Below the pieces are notes generated by a model, which was given only the letters and a program-made list of their open reading frames with translations, had not been told where the DNA came from and searched no databases. This document shows positions 25,650-37,286 of a stretch of DNA of 64,000 nt, piece after piece. Both the position numbers and the translations under genes were made by a program. How positions within the stretch are numbered: the first letter of the stretch is position 1; the number at the start of each line of letters is the position of its first letter. Source of the stretch: Malacoraja senta (Eukaryota); assembly GCA_038087875.1 (NCBI GenBank), contig CM075978.1:174840001-174904000 (forward strand), read 5' to 3'.

Positions 25650-25961
25650 CATATACGATCAGTTGCTCTCCTGTTCCCTCCCCAACCGTTCGGCCCGCTT
25701 GTTTTGCAAGACAATAGTATGTTCCGGCGTCCGAGACCGTGACATTCAGCAGGTGAAGGTAGGCGCCTCCTGCCCTTATGATGAAGATTTTCCTGCTATC
25801 TTCTTTCAGGAAGCCTTTATTTCCATCTTTCCACCAGAAAACCTTTAGGTTTGACAGATTTACATTGAAGGGGAAGGAACACCGACAGGTAATGTTTATG
25901 CCACTGATCACCGTCTTCTGAACAACATTCGATATCGTCTTGCCCGACCTGTTCTCAGCAG
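25650..25961 (-). CDS. Gene B germline-joined VJ-type Ig V exon
   Basis: Acceptor ctattgacag|, donor TATG|gtgagc, 312 bp, phase 1-1. Reads NITCRC..VFWW..DAGTYYC-11aa-GTGEQLIV. Confidence 0.9.
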
Positions 25962-26249
25962 CTGTCAATAGATGGTGCACAATCCAGTTTAGTCATTGAT
26001 ATACAGCAATGGAAATTTAACACTGCTGGCAAATATCTTATTGCACGCAGACCAAATATATACGATGAATTGAACCGAATTATTATGCCCGCTTTTTGTG
26101 TCCTCGTAAAGGTTTCGTAAATTGCACTCCTTTCCAGAACTCATACAACAGCAATGACTTTATGGACAATTCAGCATGACATTATAAGGTACAACTATCA
26201 TATGAATTTGAAGACCCATAAATAAAAAGCAATAGAAGCCCTAGTTTAC

Positions 26250-26304
26250 CCGCATTCAAAATTCCAAGGAAATACATCGTCCAAGGTGACACTTTCAGAA
26301 ACAT
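26250..26304 (-). CDS. Gene B leader exon (MFLKVSPWTMYFLGILNA)
   Basis: ATG at 26304. The donor GCGG|gtaaac is phase 1 and has the same donor hexamer as the gene A leader. Confidence 0.7.
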
Positions 26305-27774
26305 ATCGACGACGAAGCAGGCCTGACTGGGAAAGATGAAGGTCTGGTTAATAATCGTCACGGTATCTTCTACACTGACTCCTAATCACATCGGTCACCG
26401 CATGACATGGCCGAGAAATGCGTTGCTTTTAATATAGGGCTTGCTGAGTGCCTGAAGGCGGAAATTGAGTCAGGAAATAGAAGGCTGTTTTATTTGAGGA
26501 CATCAAACAGTGCGCACATCGATCATTTCTCGATGTGCGCAATGAGAGGATCTAATTAAAATAAGATGCCAAATAAGAAAATTGCCCCCCCCCCCCCCAC
26601 CTCGAGAATTTGATAAGGCCATGAATGAACCAATCTTGGTTTTAAACGCCTCTTTTCTGTTCTTTTCCCCTTTAACGACCCTCAAAGCTCATTTATTTCC
26701 TCAGATTTTGACTTGTATACATTCAATAACGCCCACCCAGATCCTTCTCTTTTCTGTTTTGTATGTGTTCCACCCTTTAGTTTCCTTAAATTTCGTTCTA
26801 CAAACCCTAATTAAAAAGTACGTTCCCGCAATCAACCTGACCGCCCACAACCCGGAGGACTTATATATTTCAATATGATCACCTCTTGTTTTATATAGAC
26901 CATCACGACATAACTATAGATTTAAGTAGTTATGCCTGGGTACCTTGCTGTGGCATTCCGCCATTCACTGTTCGTCAATCTGGCAATCATCCATTCATCC
27001 CATTGCCCTTTTCAGATAATTAACCACCATATCATCCATTTCCTTATAAATTATATCGATAACAAGTTCGCGTGTTCCTGTCTTGATCAGATATCTTTTA
27101 TAGGGAATACTATAAAGTGCTTCAGGATATCCATATACAGGTTCTCAGAGTTCCCTTTTATTCACATTGCTCCCTCCATCGTGAAATAATGCTAGCAAAT
27201 ATATCAAAATATGTGTGTTTTTCATAAACCCACTTGGACTCTTGATAGACTTATTGTGTCATCAACGTCCCGCTACTCTTTAATCAGTAATGGATTTGAA
27301 CACTTTCCCACTAGCAGTTGACAGAATAACTTGCCAATAGTTTCCTCCTATTTGTGCCCCTCGTCTTCACTTTCATGACATTTACAGTTTCCCCAGATCT
27401 ATTCAAAATTCATGGAGTTTTATTTCAGTACAAAATAGAACCCGCCACACCTAGAGTCACCCCATTGGCTCGAAGTTAAACCACCGAAAACTTTCTTCTG
27501 TCGCCATAGCATCTCCTTAGTTATTATTGTTTGATGTTCCTAGTTACCTCTACCGTGAAAACCAGATACTAAGCAATTATTTATAATCCTTGGCACATTT
27601 TCCCCCATGAATAATATAATACACATATTCGTTATGGGGCAAAATGTTTAATTTAGTTACTCTCTTCCTTGTTATCTATGTGAAGAATATCTTGCTCTCT
27701 GCTTCAATGTTATTTATTGCATTACGCACAGGCTCCGTCTCGTTCTCGTTATTTTATTTTACCTCTCCGATCTT

Positions 27775-28045
27775 AGTTTAAATTAGCTTAGATACAGCGT
27801 GGAAACAGACCCTTCGGGCCGCCGAGTCCGGCCGACCAACGATCACCTGTACATTCTATTCTACACACCAGGGAGAATTTACAGAGGTCAATTAACCTAC
27901 AAACCTGCAAGCCTTTTGGGATGTGGGACGAAAACGGAGCAGCCGGGGAAAACCCAACGATCACAGTCAGAACATGCAGACACCACCCGTCTTCAAGATC
28001 GAGTCCGCGTCCCTGGCGCTGTGAGTCGGCGCATAGTCTGTGCCA
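27775..28045 (-). mobile_element. HE1-like SINE
   Basis: ttagatacagcgtggaaacag..cttcgggccgccgagtcc..caattaacctacaaacctg. Confidence 0.6.
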
Positions 28046-28386
28046 CCCTAAACTTGTTGGAAGTCGACATAATCCTGTTGGCAGTCCACATACGAAGACA
28101 ATGCCACAGTGCCATTGGATAATTCGTGCTCTATTGTCAACGCTGTTGGGATAGCAAATTGTGAAGTCTGCGACTCCATGTCATTTCTGTTGAAACAGCG
28201 ATAATATTTTCCCACTAAATCGAATGAGGCGATCTTGAAGATTTGAATCGATTCGTGAGACCGGTTTCGTCCTCGCCATTTCCATAGTTCTAATTAAGAT
28301 GTCTGAATTACAGGTATTATGAGCAGGCCGTATATATAGCTGAACATAATGTGGAGGAAAGAACTGCAGTTGCTGGTTTAAATCGA

Positions 28387-28567
28387 AGGTAGACTCAACA
28401 TGCTAGAGTAACTCAGCGGGACAGGCAGCATCTCTGGAACGAAGGAATGGGTGACGTTTCGGGTCGAAGAAGGTCTGAAGAAGGGTGTCGACCCGAAACG
28501 TCACCCATTCCTTCGCTCCAGAGATGCTGAATATCCCGCTGAGTTACTCCAGCATTTTGCGTCTACC
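28387..28567. repeat. Penelope-terminus-derived inverted repeat
   Basis: ~80-bp arms: aggtagac..gagtaactcagcgggac..gtgacgtttcgggtcga / tcgacccgaaacgtcac..gagttactcc..gtctacct. Confidence 0.9.
28472..28505 (+). ncRNA. Candidate minimal hammerhead ribozyme core (Penelope-associated)
   Basis: ggt-CTGAAGA-a-GGGT(gtcg)ACCC-GAAA-C-GTC-acc: core CUGANGA and GAAA, stem II, palindromic ACGU helix III, GUC site, 3-bp stem I. One extra A before stem II deviates from the canonical core. Confidence 0.55.
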
Positions 28568-28705
28568 TATTGTTGGACAGATTTTTTAAATATCAGTTAC
28601 GTAAATAATATGTACAAATTGACTATTCATGCTAACGCGTGTTGTTTACATTCGAAATATATTAGTCTCCGTGATATTTATTTTATGATCCTTCATAAGG
28701 AGGGT

Positions 28706-30173
28706 AGCTAATGTAACCCCACTTTTTAAAAAGGGAGGGAGAGAGAAAACGGGGAATTACAGACTAGTTAGTCTAACATTGGTAGTGGGGAAACTGCTAG
28801 AGTCAGTTATTAAAGATGGGATAGCAGCACATTTGGAAAGTGGTGAAATCATTGGACAAAGTCAGCATGGATTTATGAAAGGTAAATCATGTCTGACGAA
28901 TCTTATAGAATTATTCGAGGATGTAACTAGTAGAGTGGATAAGGGAGAACCAGTGAATGTGTTATATCTGGACTTTCAGAAGGCTTTCGACAAGGTCCCA
29001 CATAAGAGATTAGTATACGAACTTAAAGCACAAGGTATTGGGGGTTCAGTATTGATGTGGGTAGAGAACTGGCTGGCAGACAGGAAGCAAAGAGTAGGAG
29101 TTAACGGGTCCTTTTCAGAATGGCAGGCAGTGACTAGTGGGGTACCGCAAGGCTCAGTGCTGGAACCCCAGCTATTTACAATATATATTAATGATTTGGA
29201 CGAGGGAATTGAATGCAACATCTCCAGGTTTGCGGATGACACGAAGCTGGGGGGGGGGGGGCAGTGTTAGCTGTGAGGAAGATGCTAGGAGGCTGCAAGA
29301 TGACTTGAATAGGCTGGGTGAGTGGGCAATTGCATGGCAAATGCAGTATAATGTGGATACATGTGAGGTTATCCACTTTCGTGGCAAGAACAGGAAAGTA
29401 GACTATTATCTGAATGGTGGCCGATTAGGAAAAGCGGAGATGCAACGAGACCTGGTTGTCATGGTACACCAGTCATTGAAAGTAGGCATGCAGGTGCAGC
29501 AGGCAGTGAAGAAAGCGAATGGTATGTTAGCATTCATAGCAAAAGGATTTGAGTATAGGAACATGGAGGTACTACTGCAGTTGTACAGGGTCTTGGTGAG
29601 ACCACACCTGGAGTATTACGTACAGTTTTGGTCTCCTAATCCGAGAAAGGACATTCGTGCCATAGAGGGAGTACAGAGAAGGTTCACCAGACTGATTCCT
29701 AGGATGTCAGGACTTTCATATGAAGAAAGACTGGATAGACTCGGCTTGTACTCGCTAGAATTTAGAAGATTGAGAGGGGATCTTATAGAAACTTACACAA
29801 TTCTTAAGGGATTGGACAGGCTAGATGCAGGAAGATTGTTCCCGATGTTGGGGAAGTCCAGGACAAGGGGTCACAGTTTAAGGTTAAAGGGGAAATCTTT
29901 TTGGACTGAGATGAGAAAAAAAAAATTTACACAGAGAGTGGTGAAGCTCTGGAATTCTCTGCCACAGAATGTAGTTGAGCCCAGTTCATTTGCTATGTTT
30001 AAGAGGGAGTTAGATGTGGCCCTTGTGGCTGAAGGGATCAGGGGTTATGGAGAGAAAGCAGGTACAGGATACTGAGTTGGATGATCAGCCATGATCATAT
30101 TGAATGGCGGTGCAGGCTCGAAGGGCCGAATGGCCTACTCCTGCACCTATTTTCTATGTTTCTATGTTTCTAT
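28706..30173 (+). mobile_element. 5-prime-truncated CR1 LINE (RT, frameshifted) with (TTCTATGT)n tail
   Basis: [42 protein letters not shown]. Frameshift in a G-run near 29250. Confidence 0.93.
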
Positions 30174-30354
30174 AAAGATCCAATCAAATAACATCGGTCG
30201 TATAGGCCTTGTCACGTTTGATGTAATCTGTGTCAGGATGGTGGCACAATGTTTAATCGCTGGATAGTAACATGGAGACCTGCAAACTTGTGCGAAGATT
30301 GAAGTCCGACAAGGAAAGTTAAATTCTGATTAATAATTCGGAATTTTAAATAAC

Positions 30355-30810
30355 AGAAACGGGCCCTTCGGTCCACCGAGTCCGCATCGACCAGCGACCC
30401 CCACACCTTAACACTACCCTACACATATTAGGGACAAGTTTACATTAAAACCAAGCCAATTAACCTTATAAACCTGTACGTCTTTGGAGTGTGGGAGGAA
30501 ACCGAAGATCTCGGAGGACACTCACGCGGTCACGGGGAGAACGTACAACGTCCGTATAGACAGCACCCGTAGTCAGGATCGAACCCGGGATTCTGGCGTT
30601 GTAAGGCAGCAACTGTACCGCTACGCCACCTTAGAAACATAGAAACATAGAAAATAGGTGCAGGAGTAGGCCATTCGGCCCTTCGAGCCTGCACCGCCAT
30701 TCAATATGATCATGGCTGATCATCCAACTCATTATCCTGTACCTGCTTTCTCACAATACCCCCTGATCCCTTTAGCCACAAGGGCCACATCTAACTCCCT
30801 CTTAAATATA
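30355..30810 (-). mobile_element. HE1-like SINE abutting a CR1 3-prime tail
   Basis: SINE at 30355-30630, then tagaaacatagaaacatagaaaataggtgcagg (reverse of the CR1 tail) to ~30810. Confidence 0.7.
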
Positions 30811-31035
30811 GCCAATGAACTGGCCTTGCCACACTCGATTCTTATAGAACGGCTGCGCCATAGATATACGGATTAGACTTTGGAAATCCCGTATACATGC
30901 TGGATCTGTTCTCATCGAATATGGTTCCAATCCATTAAAAAATGTCATTATTATGGACGTCGTTTTGTATGAAAACCAAGTTAATCCTTCAGCAACACCC
31001 ATGTGCTTTACATTTGAAATTCAAACGCCCCTCAC

Positions 31036-31355
31036 AGTATATGATAGGTTCTTGACCGGTTTCATTTAAAACCGTTTCACCCGCAAGTTTGTGGAATGTG
31101 GAAGTACATTCTACTGTCAGCACGCTCACATGCAGCAGCAACAACGGTTGCGCCCCTTACCCGTAATGTTCTGCTATTTCTTCTCAGGAAGTTCTTATTT
31201 CCGTCTCTTTGCCAGTGCACCGTTACGTTAGGTGGATTAAGATCGAAGAGGAAGGGCAATAGGCGTATAAAAGTTTCTGATTCAAGTTGTTTTTGCTGAC
31301 TTTAATGTAGTTGTAAGATTTTTATTGGTTCTTGTATCTTTCTCATTTACAACTT
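31036..31355 (-). pseudogene. Decayed VJ exon most similar to gene B V
   Basis: VTVHWQRDGNKNFLRRNSR aligns with LKVFWWKDGNKGFLKEDSR of gene B. Both canonical Cys are lost, with frameshifts and stops. A remnant GETVLNETGQEPIIY|gtgagg matches GRTVGEGTGEQLIVY|gtgagc. Confidence 0.75.
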
Positions 31356-33706
31356 CTAAAATGTTAGGGTGGAACCGATGCAAATGTCTTTTCAAATTTG
31401 AAGCTCTTGTTGGAGCATTGTTCCAGACAATCTTTCATCATCATCATCTTCTATCATACACTGACACACAAAATGTTTTTTCATCAATACAATACGGTTT
31501 TGTTCGTCACATTGCATATAAAGTGCATGTGAAATGAATTTGCCAGCAGCGGTACAATGAGAAAGAACACACAAAAACACAATAAAAATTTAACACAAAC
31601 ATCCACCACAGCATTCATCACTTTAGTGGAAGGCACAAAATTTGGCCAGTCCTCCTCCATTTTCATCTGTAGTTATTGTAAAACAATCAAAAACAGCAGT
31701 ATCTGGTTGGAGTTTTTTTTGCCATTGAGAAAGGGGCTTTAGATTTCAAATTGGCTAACTTGGGTAATTTTGAATTAACTCAAATGTTTTTCCTGAATAA
31801 GAAAATAATGAATGACATTAGTGATTCATTCCGTGCCTGAAATGAAATTATTAACAGCTTATATACATCACAAATACGAGGTTCAAGTACAGTAAATACC
31901 GGTGGAAGAACGGGCATACTTTACTAACACACTTTAGTAGTCTCTATTCATTGGTAATAATTAAATAATTTAAGGAAACTTGTTGTAAGGGATTAGGGCG
32001 GTCACAGGGATGCAGCCCCCACCCCCGTTAGTTTAGGTTAGCCTGTATTTACTAAACTTCTAGCTAAATGAGCCCTAACCTTTTTTCCTTCATTACCCAA
32101 CCCTTTACTAACCTTTTAACCTAGAAGATTGTGTCAAGCATCCCACTGAAAGTAGAAATTAAGGTTTACATTGACGAAAAATTACCAAATTCTTTGACGC
32201 TTTTCCAAGACTAGTGTTTACTGCTGTTGAGACGGAATTAAACATCACTGACGACTTATTTTGCAGTAAATCATGAAAATTCGTAATCTGTATTCATTTA
32301 TAATATATTTCCCCATAAATGGATGAATAAATTTTCCTTTTGAATTCAGAAATTATCCAGACATGATCACTCAGTAGCAGGTGGAGGGAAATCAGCTGGT
32401 GATGGCGTTTGTTTACGTTTTGTTTCTGATCGTTCTGCCGCCAGATGGCTGCACCGATGTGATTTCTCATTCTCTCGGGTGGAAATAAATGTGCGCGGCA
32501 TGTTTCAAAAGTGGGATTTTTTTCCGATTTACGTAGTCCCTGAAATTTATGTGGAGGTCGGAGTCGGGACTTTTTTTACCGACTCCGGCCCCAGCAGCAT
32601 CAAAATTGCTCCGACTCCGACTCGACGACTCCCACTCCGACTCCACAGCCCTGGATTCAACAATGTATAATTATTTCAATAAGGCGAAGTAACAGATTTA
32701 TTATCGACCTCATTCCCTGGTGGACCTGTATTGATTCTCACCGTACCTTTACTACTGACGATGTGTACCTTACGCGCAAGATCTTATTTAGCAATGAAGA
32801 TGTCTGTGTTTGTTGTCGATTATGAACTCAATCACGGACTCGGTGTTGAAGATATCGGAGAATAAACAATACAAATGGAGCAGTAAAGTGAAGGCGCATT
32901 CTTATTCAGCTCATCATCTAGTAAGGGCTCGGTTCAAATTTCGCTATGGAAACGTGGTGCATTTAATTATATTTTGTTTAAAATTGGGAATTTAGACATA
33001 ACGATAACTAAATTGCGGGGTTGTTCTTGAAATCTCGTGTGACTCAATTAAGCCCTTCATAGGATAACCTTGCCCCAATCGAGGCTATGTAATTCCAACC
33101 CATTAATGTGGTTCGCTTTCAATGTCACCTGAAACATACTAGTAATTGGGGTGAGCTACCCATTAACACAAATTGAAACTATGTTTTGTAAAAAAAAAGC
33201 TGTACCTGCATGCAAAATCCGCAGAGGAAACACGTCTAAAGCTGTGATGAGTTGAAAGCAATCGACAATGAATTTTCTGATCGGAAAGGAAAGAATGCGT
33301 CAATCATGTGGCTCTACATCTGCTAGAATGATCGCCTTCATGTGCAATCACAGAACATTTACGCGCTTACTGGCAGGGACTTTGAAGAATGTAAGCTAAA
33401 GGCGTGGCTGTATCCGGAACAGGTCAGGCAACAATTAGACCGTACGAAAGTAAAAGAATGTAGGCAGCGTAATCATTCACTCAATCAAATGTCCTTATTT
33501 TTATACTCCGCCTGAAACGATTAAACTAACAGGTCTTCATTACCGGCTGCTTATAATCTAATTACCAAACCTTACATGAACTGAAGCGGACCTCCCGAGT
33601 ACATTTTCCCCTCATTTTAGGAAGGCTTATATTTAAGATGTTAAAAGGAGCACCGGCTCACAGATTAACGGCAAGATTATATTAGAGTAAGTAAATGTAA
33701 AGCAAT

Positions 33707-34623
33707 CAATCAATCAGTTTTATTCTTCACTTGCACATAAAGTGCAAGTGAAATGAATTTGCCAGCAGCGGTACAATGAAAAAGAACACACAAAAACACA
33801 ATAAAAATTGAACACAAACAGCCACCACAGCATTCATCACTGTGGTGGAAGGCACAACATTTGGCCAGACCTCTTCCATTGTCCCCCGAGGTCGGGACCT
33901 CAACCTGCAGGCGTCCAGATGTGCAGACAAGGGAAAAAGTCCAGGTAAGTTCTGAATCGGTGCTCCCCTACCGGAGACCGCGGCTTCAGGTTGGTGTAGG
34001 CCGCAGGCCGGCGGTCGAAGATTTAAAGTTCCCGCCACGCCGCAGCTAGAAGCACAGCAGACCTCAGGGCCGGCGGTCGAAGCTCCTCTCCAGGGGTCCC
34101 CGGCGAGGGACCCCGCTCCTGATGGTATGTCCCCGCCGCGCTCGCGGTCGAAGTTGGCCGCGGTCCGGCAGTTGCAGCTCTTCTCCTCCCGGGTCCCCAA
34201 CGAGAGATCCCAGGCCCACGACGCCGCGCCAGCTGGAGCTCCGCAGACCGCGGCTTCAGGCTGCCGGGAGCCAGTGAATGGAGCGTTCCCCTCCGGCGAG
34301 CGCCGGCGATGGCTCGCCCGCTCCACGCCGAGATTCCGCGCTGCGCCCACGGCTGAAGCCGCGGGCACGTCTCCGGGAAAGGCCGCACCGATCCTCGATG
34401 TTAGGCCACGGGGGAGGCGACATGGAAAAAGTCGCCTCTCCGTGGAGGAGGCGACCGAAACGGTTTCCCCCTTACCCCCCACCACCCCCCCACACCACCC
34501 CCACACAAGACACACAGAGGAACATCAAAAACACAAATTTAAACACACTAAAATAAACACAAAAAAAGTAGAAAAAACTAACACGCTGCTGGCAGGGCTA
34601 CCGGCTTGCAACGCCGCCACCGG
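33707..34623 (-). mobile_element. GC-rich non-coding interspersed repeat with (TTGA)n tail
   Basis: Absent from the paralogous site (52861-52880 reads aaagcaataactgcattg). A partial copy lies at 31508-31660. Confidence 0.75.
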
Positions 34624-37286
34624 CTGCATTGTTCATATTTATCTTCAAATTAATGTTCCAGCTTGACAAACGTCGTGTAGTTAATGCTATGAGGTATTTT
34701 GTTGAAAGCTTCACAACTAATTCGATTACGAGCTCATATTGGTTGCACGAGTATTCTTCAAATTGTAATGTTAAAGTGAGTTTTAACTGTTCTCAACTTC
34801 GAATTGCAATTCGGAATGATGTGAAGCCGCATTTGAAATGACCGCAATTTAACAAAGGTATTTGATTAGAATAATTAACTTAAATACATTGATTAAATTA
34901 ACCTACTTGCATTAAAATCCATTATGGATATATTGCCGTTTGGCGTTTATGGATTGATCAAGTCTGCTTTGGGTTGACCTGGACTGTTGTATCTGTACGT
35001 AGAACTGTTTAATTCCGTCCGTTTCCATGCACTGTCACAAAATAATACCTGGCGTCGCAGTTTGTTTGGTCCAACGACCTCGTGCGTCAAGCAAGGTTGT
35101 ACATTAATACCGGTTTATTCTCTCTAAATCCATATAAATTCATTCTCCCGTTCCATCACCCACCAACACAACGCGACACCTTATCCAATTATCCTATCGA
35201 CTCTCAATTTTTCGATATATGTGAATTACCGGAGCACGTGGTTAGTACAGGTGTCAGAGATTAGTTCTTGAATAATACAGGTGTCAGAGGTTATGGGTAG
35301 AATGGGGTTAAGGGGAAAGAATAGATCAGCCATGATTGAATGGCGGAATGTATTTAATGGGCCATATGGCCTAATTCTACTCCTATCGCTTATGACCTCG
35401 TGACGTGGCGAAATGGAGAACGGGAAAAAAAAACACGGGCGGCCAGATTCAATTAGGGCTTCTAGAGTTGCGGTAACACATCTGTAAGCTGCACGCATCT
35501 CCCGTCTTACTACATCACTGTGCCAATCTAAACAGTAATCATAAAGCTTCGTCATTTACATCAGTTGGTGACGACGTGATAGACGTGAACTATCTGTGAA
35601 ATTAGTGAAGCGATGGATACATTTCCATCAGGCAGAAACATGCTCATTGTTAACTCATTCGGCGTATTTCTGATCAAATATTTGTGATTTAGAGAAGAAA
35701 TAAAAAGTACGAAAACATCTTGTTTATCTAAGTGTTGAATGAACGTCACTGTTAAATTAGTTCAAATGAAATAGTGACAGTCGACTCCAGTCAATGGTTT
35801 CACTGGCAGCAAGAGATACCCGAGAACGCTCTCTCCTCACTCTATTGTCTGGTATTACGGATGTCACGTGGCAAACACGGAATATTGTGAGACGGGAGGG
35901 TGAGAAGCTGTATCTCGTGCTCCATATTAGTATCAATGCCATATGTAGAACGGGACACGAGAGCCTGTAAAGAGAATTCAGTGAGTTCGGTATTCGGTGA
36001 AAAAAACAAGTCCTCCAGGATTGCGATCTCGGGATGAATAAACGGTACCGATAGCAATAGCAGAATAATGCAAGTGAATACTTGGCTAAGGCCCTGGTGT
36101 AGGTGGATGGGCATGTAATATATGAATTGTTGGGTTTTCTTACAGGACAAATGGGACCTACATAAAACGGACGGGGTGCAATTGAACTGGGAGGTAAAGG
36201 CGGTGTCCTTGCAGTTACTTAGGAGGATTTATGCACGAGGGATGAGCACGGGGGTCGGGGGGGAGCAGCAGGCCAGCCCATGGAACAGCTAGTGGCAAGA
36301 TCGGGGCTATGACCCATTAGCTTGAAATGGAGGTGTGGCAGGAAAAGGTTAATTAAAAAAAAATTAAGATGGATGATCTGAGGTGTGTTTTGAGTGTGGT
36401 TCAAAACGTTGAAAGGTCGGTTGAGGTGTTTATTTTAAGGAGTATTATAGATAAAGCGGATTAGGAGTATTATAGAAAAAGCGGTAGGCTGCTAACTCAA
36501 CATTTATGAGTTTTGATGTTTCATACATTATAGGAATGGGGTACAAGAGATACAGGAATTGCATTACAAATCAGGAAATGTCAGCGGCACTCACATACTC
36601 ATCAATTGAGGCAATAGGGGTGGAACGCAATATAAAGAGAGGTGCAACAAAAATGGGATTATACCATCGGCCTCCCTTTCGCCGGTGAATGACAGAGAAA
36701 CAGATATGTGGGGAGATTGGAGAAAGATGTCAAAACATCAAGTTTCTGGTATCGGTGACAAATCCCGATTATTGACTTCCTTCGTGCAGAAGACCTGAAG
36801 AGAGCAAGCTTGGTTAGGTTTATCTAAGGTCGTTTCTTGAAACAGTCTGTGGATATTCCAACACGAAGCCGGACCATGTTACACCTTGCTTTGGGAAATG
36901 AGCTTGATGTTTCAGTGGAAGAGTAATTTGGGATCCCTGATCATAAATCCATAACTTTTAAGATATCTACGAATAAGGATGCATCTAGATATTGGGGGAG
37001 ATGAAATGGTGAGCAGATGTTGTGGGGTACGTTTACATTGGACATGGTGGTCGATTAAAGGCCAACTGATCAGAAATCAGGACCAGTATGCGCCAGTAAG
37101 GAGGAGGAATGACGTTATATAGGCGAGGAATGATTGGATGATCTGAGATATTGTAAATTAGGTAACAATTTGCTGGTGCACTTTGAGAACCAGAAAGAGT
37201 TGGTTCTCTTCAAAAGCCTTAAGGTGCCCCTCTTTTATTGAAGTAGGCAAGGGAGGAGATGAGATTGCAGCGCCTTTGATGAGGAC

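Noticed and set aside
28105-28111. CACAGTG heptamer, possible RSS
   Set aside because: No nonamer at 12 or 23 bp and not adjacent to any V exon. The V exons already contain their J-like strand.
33727-34666. Long Arg/Pro/Ala-rich ORFs here and at 49193-49711 and 53538-54124
   Set aside because: Expected from stop-poor GC-rich repeats; open in several frames with no domain.
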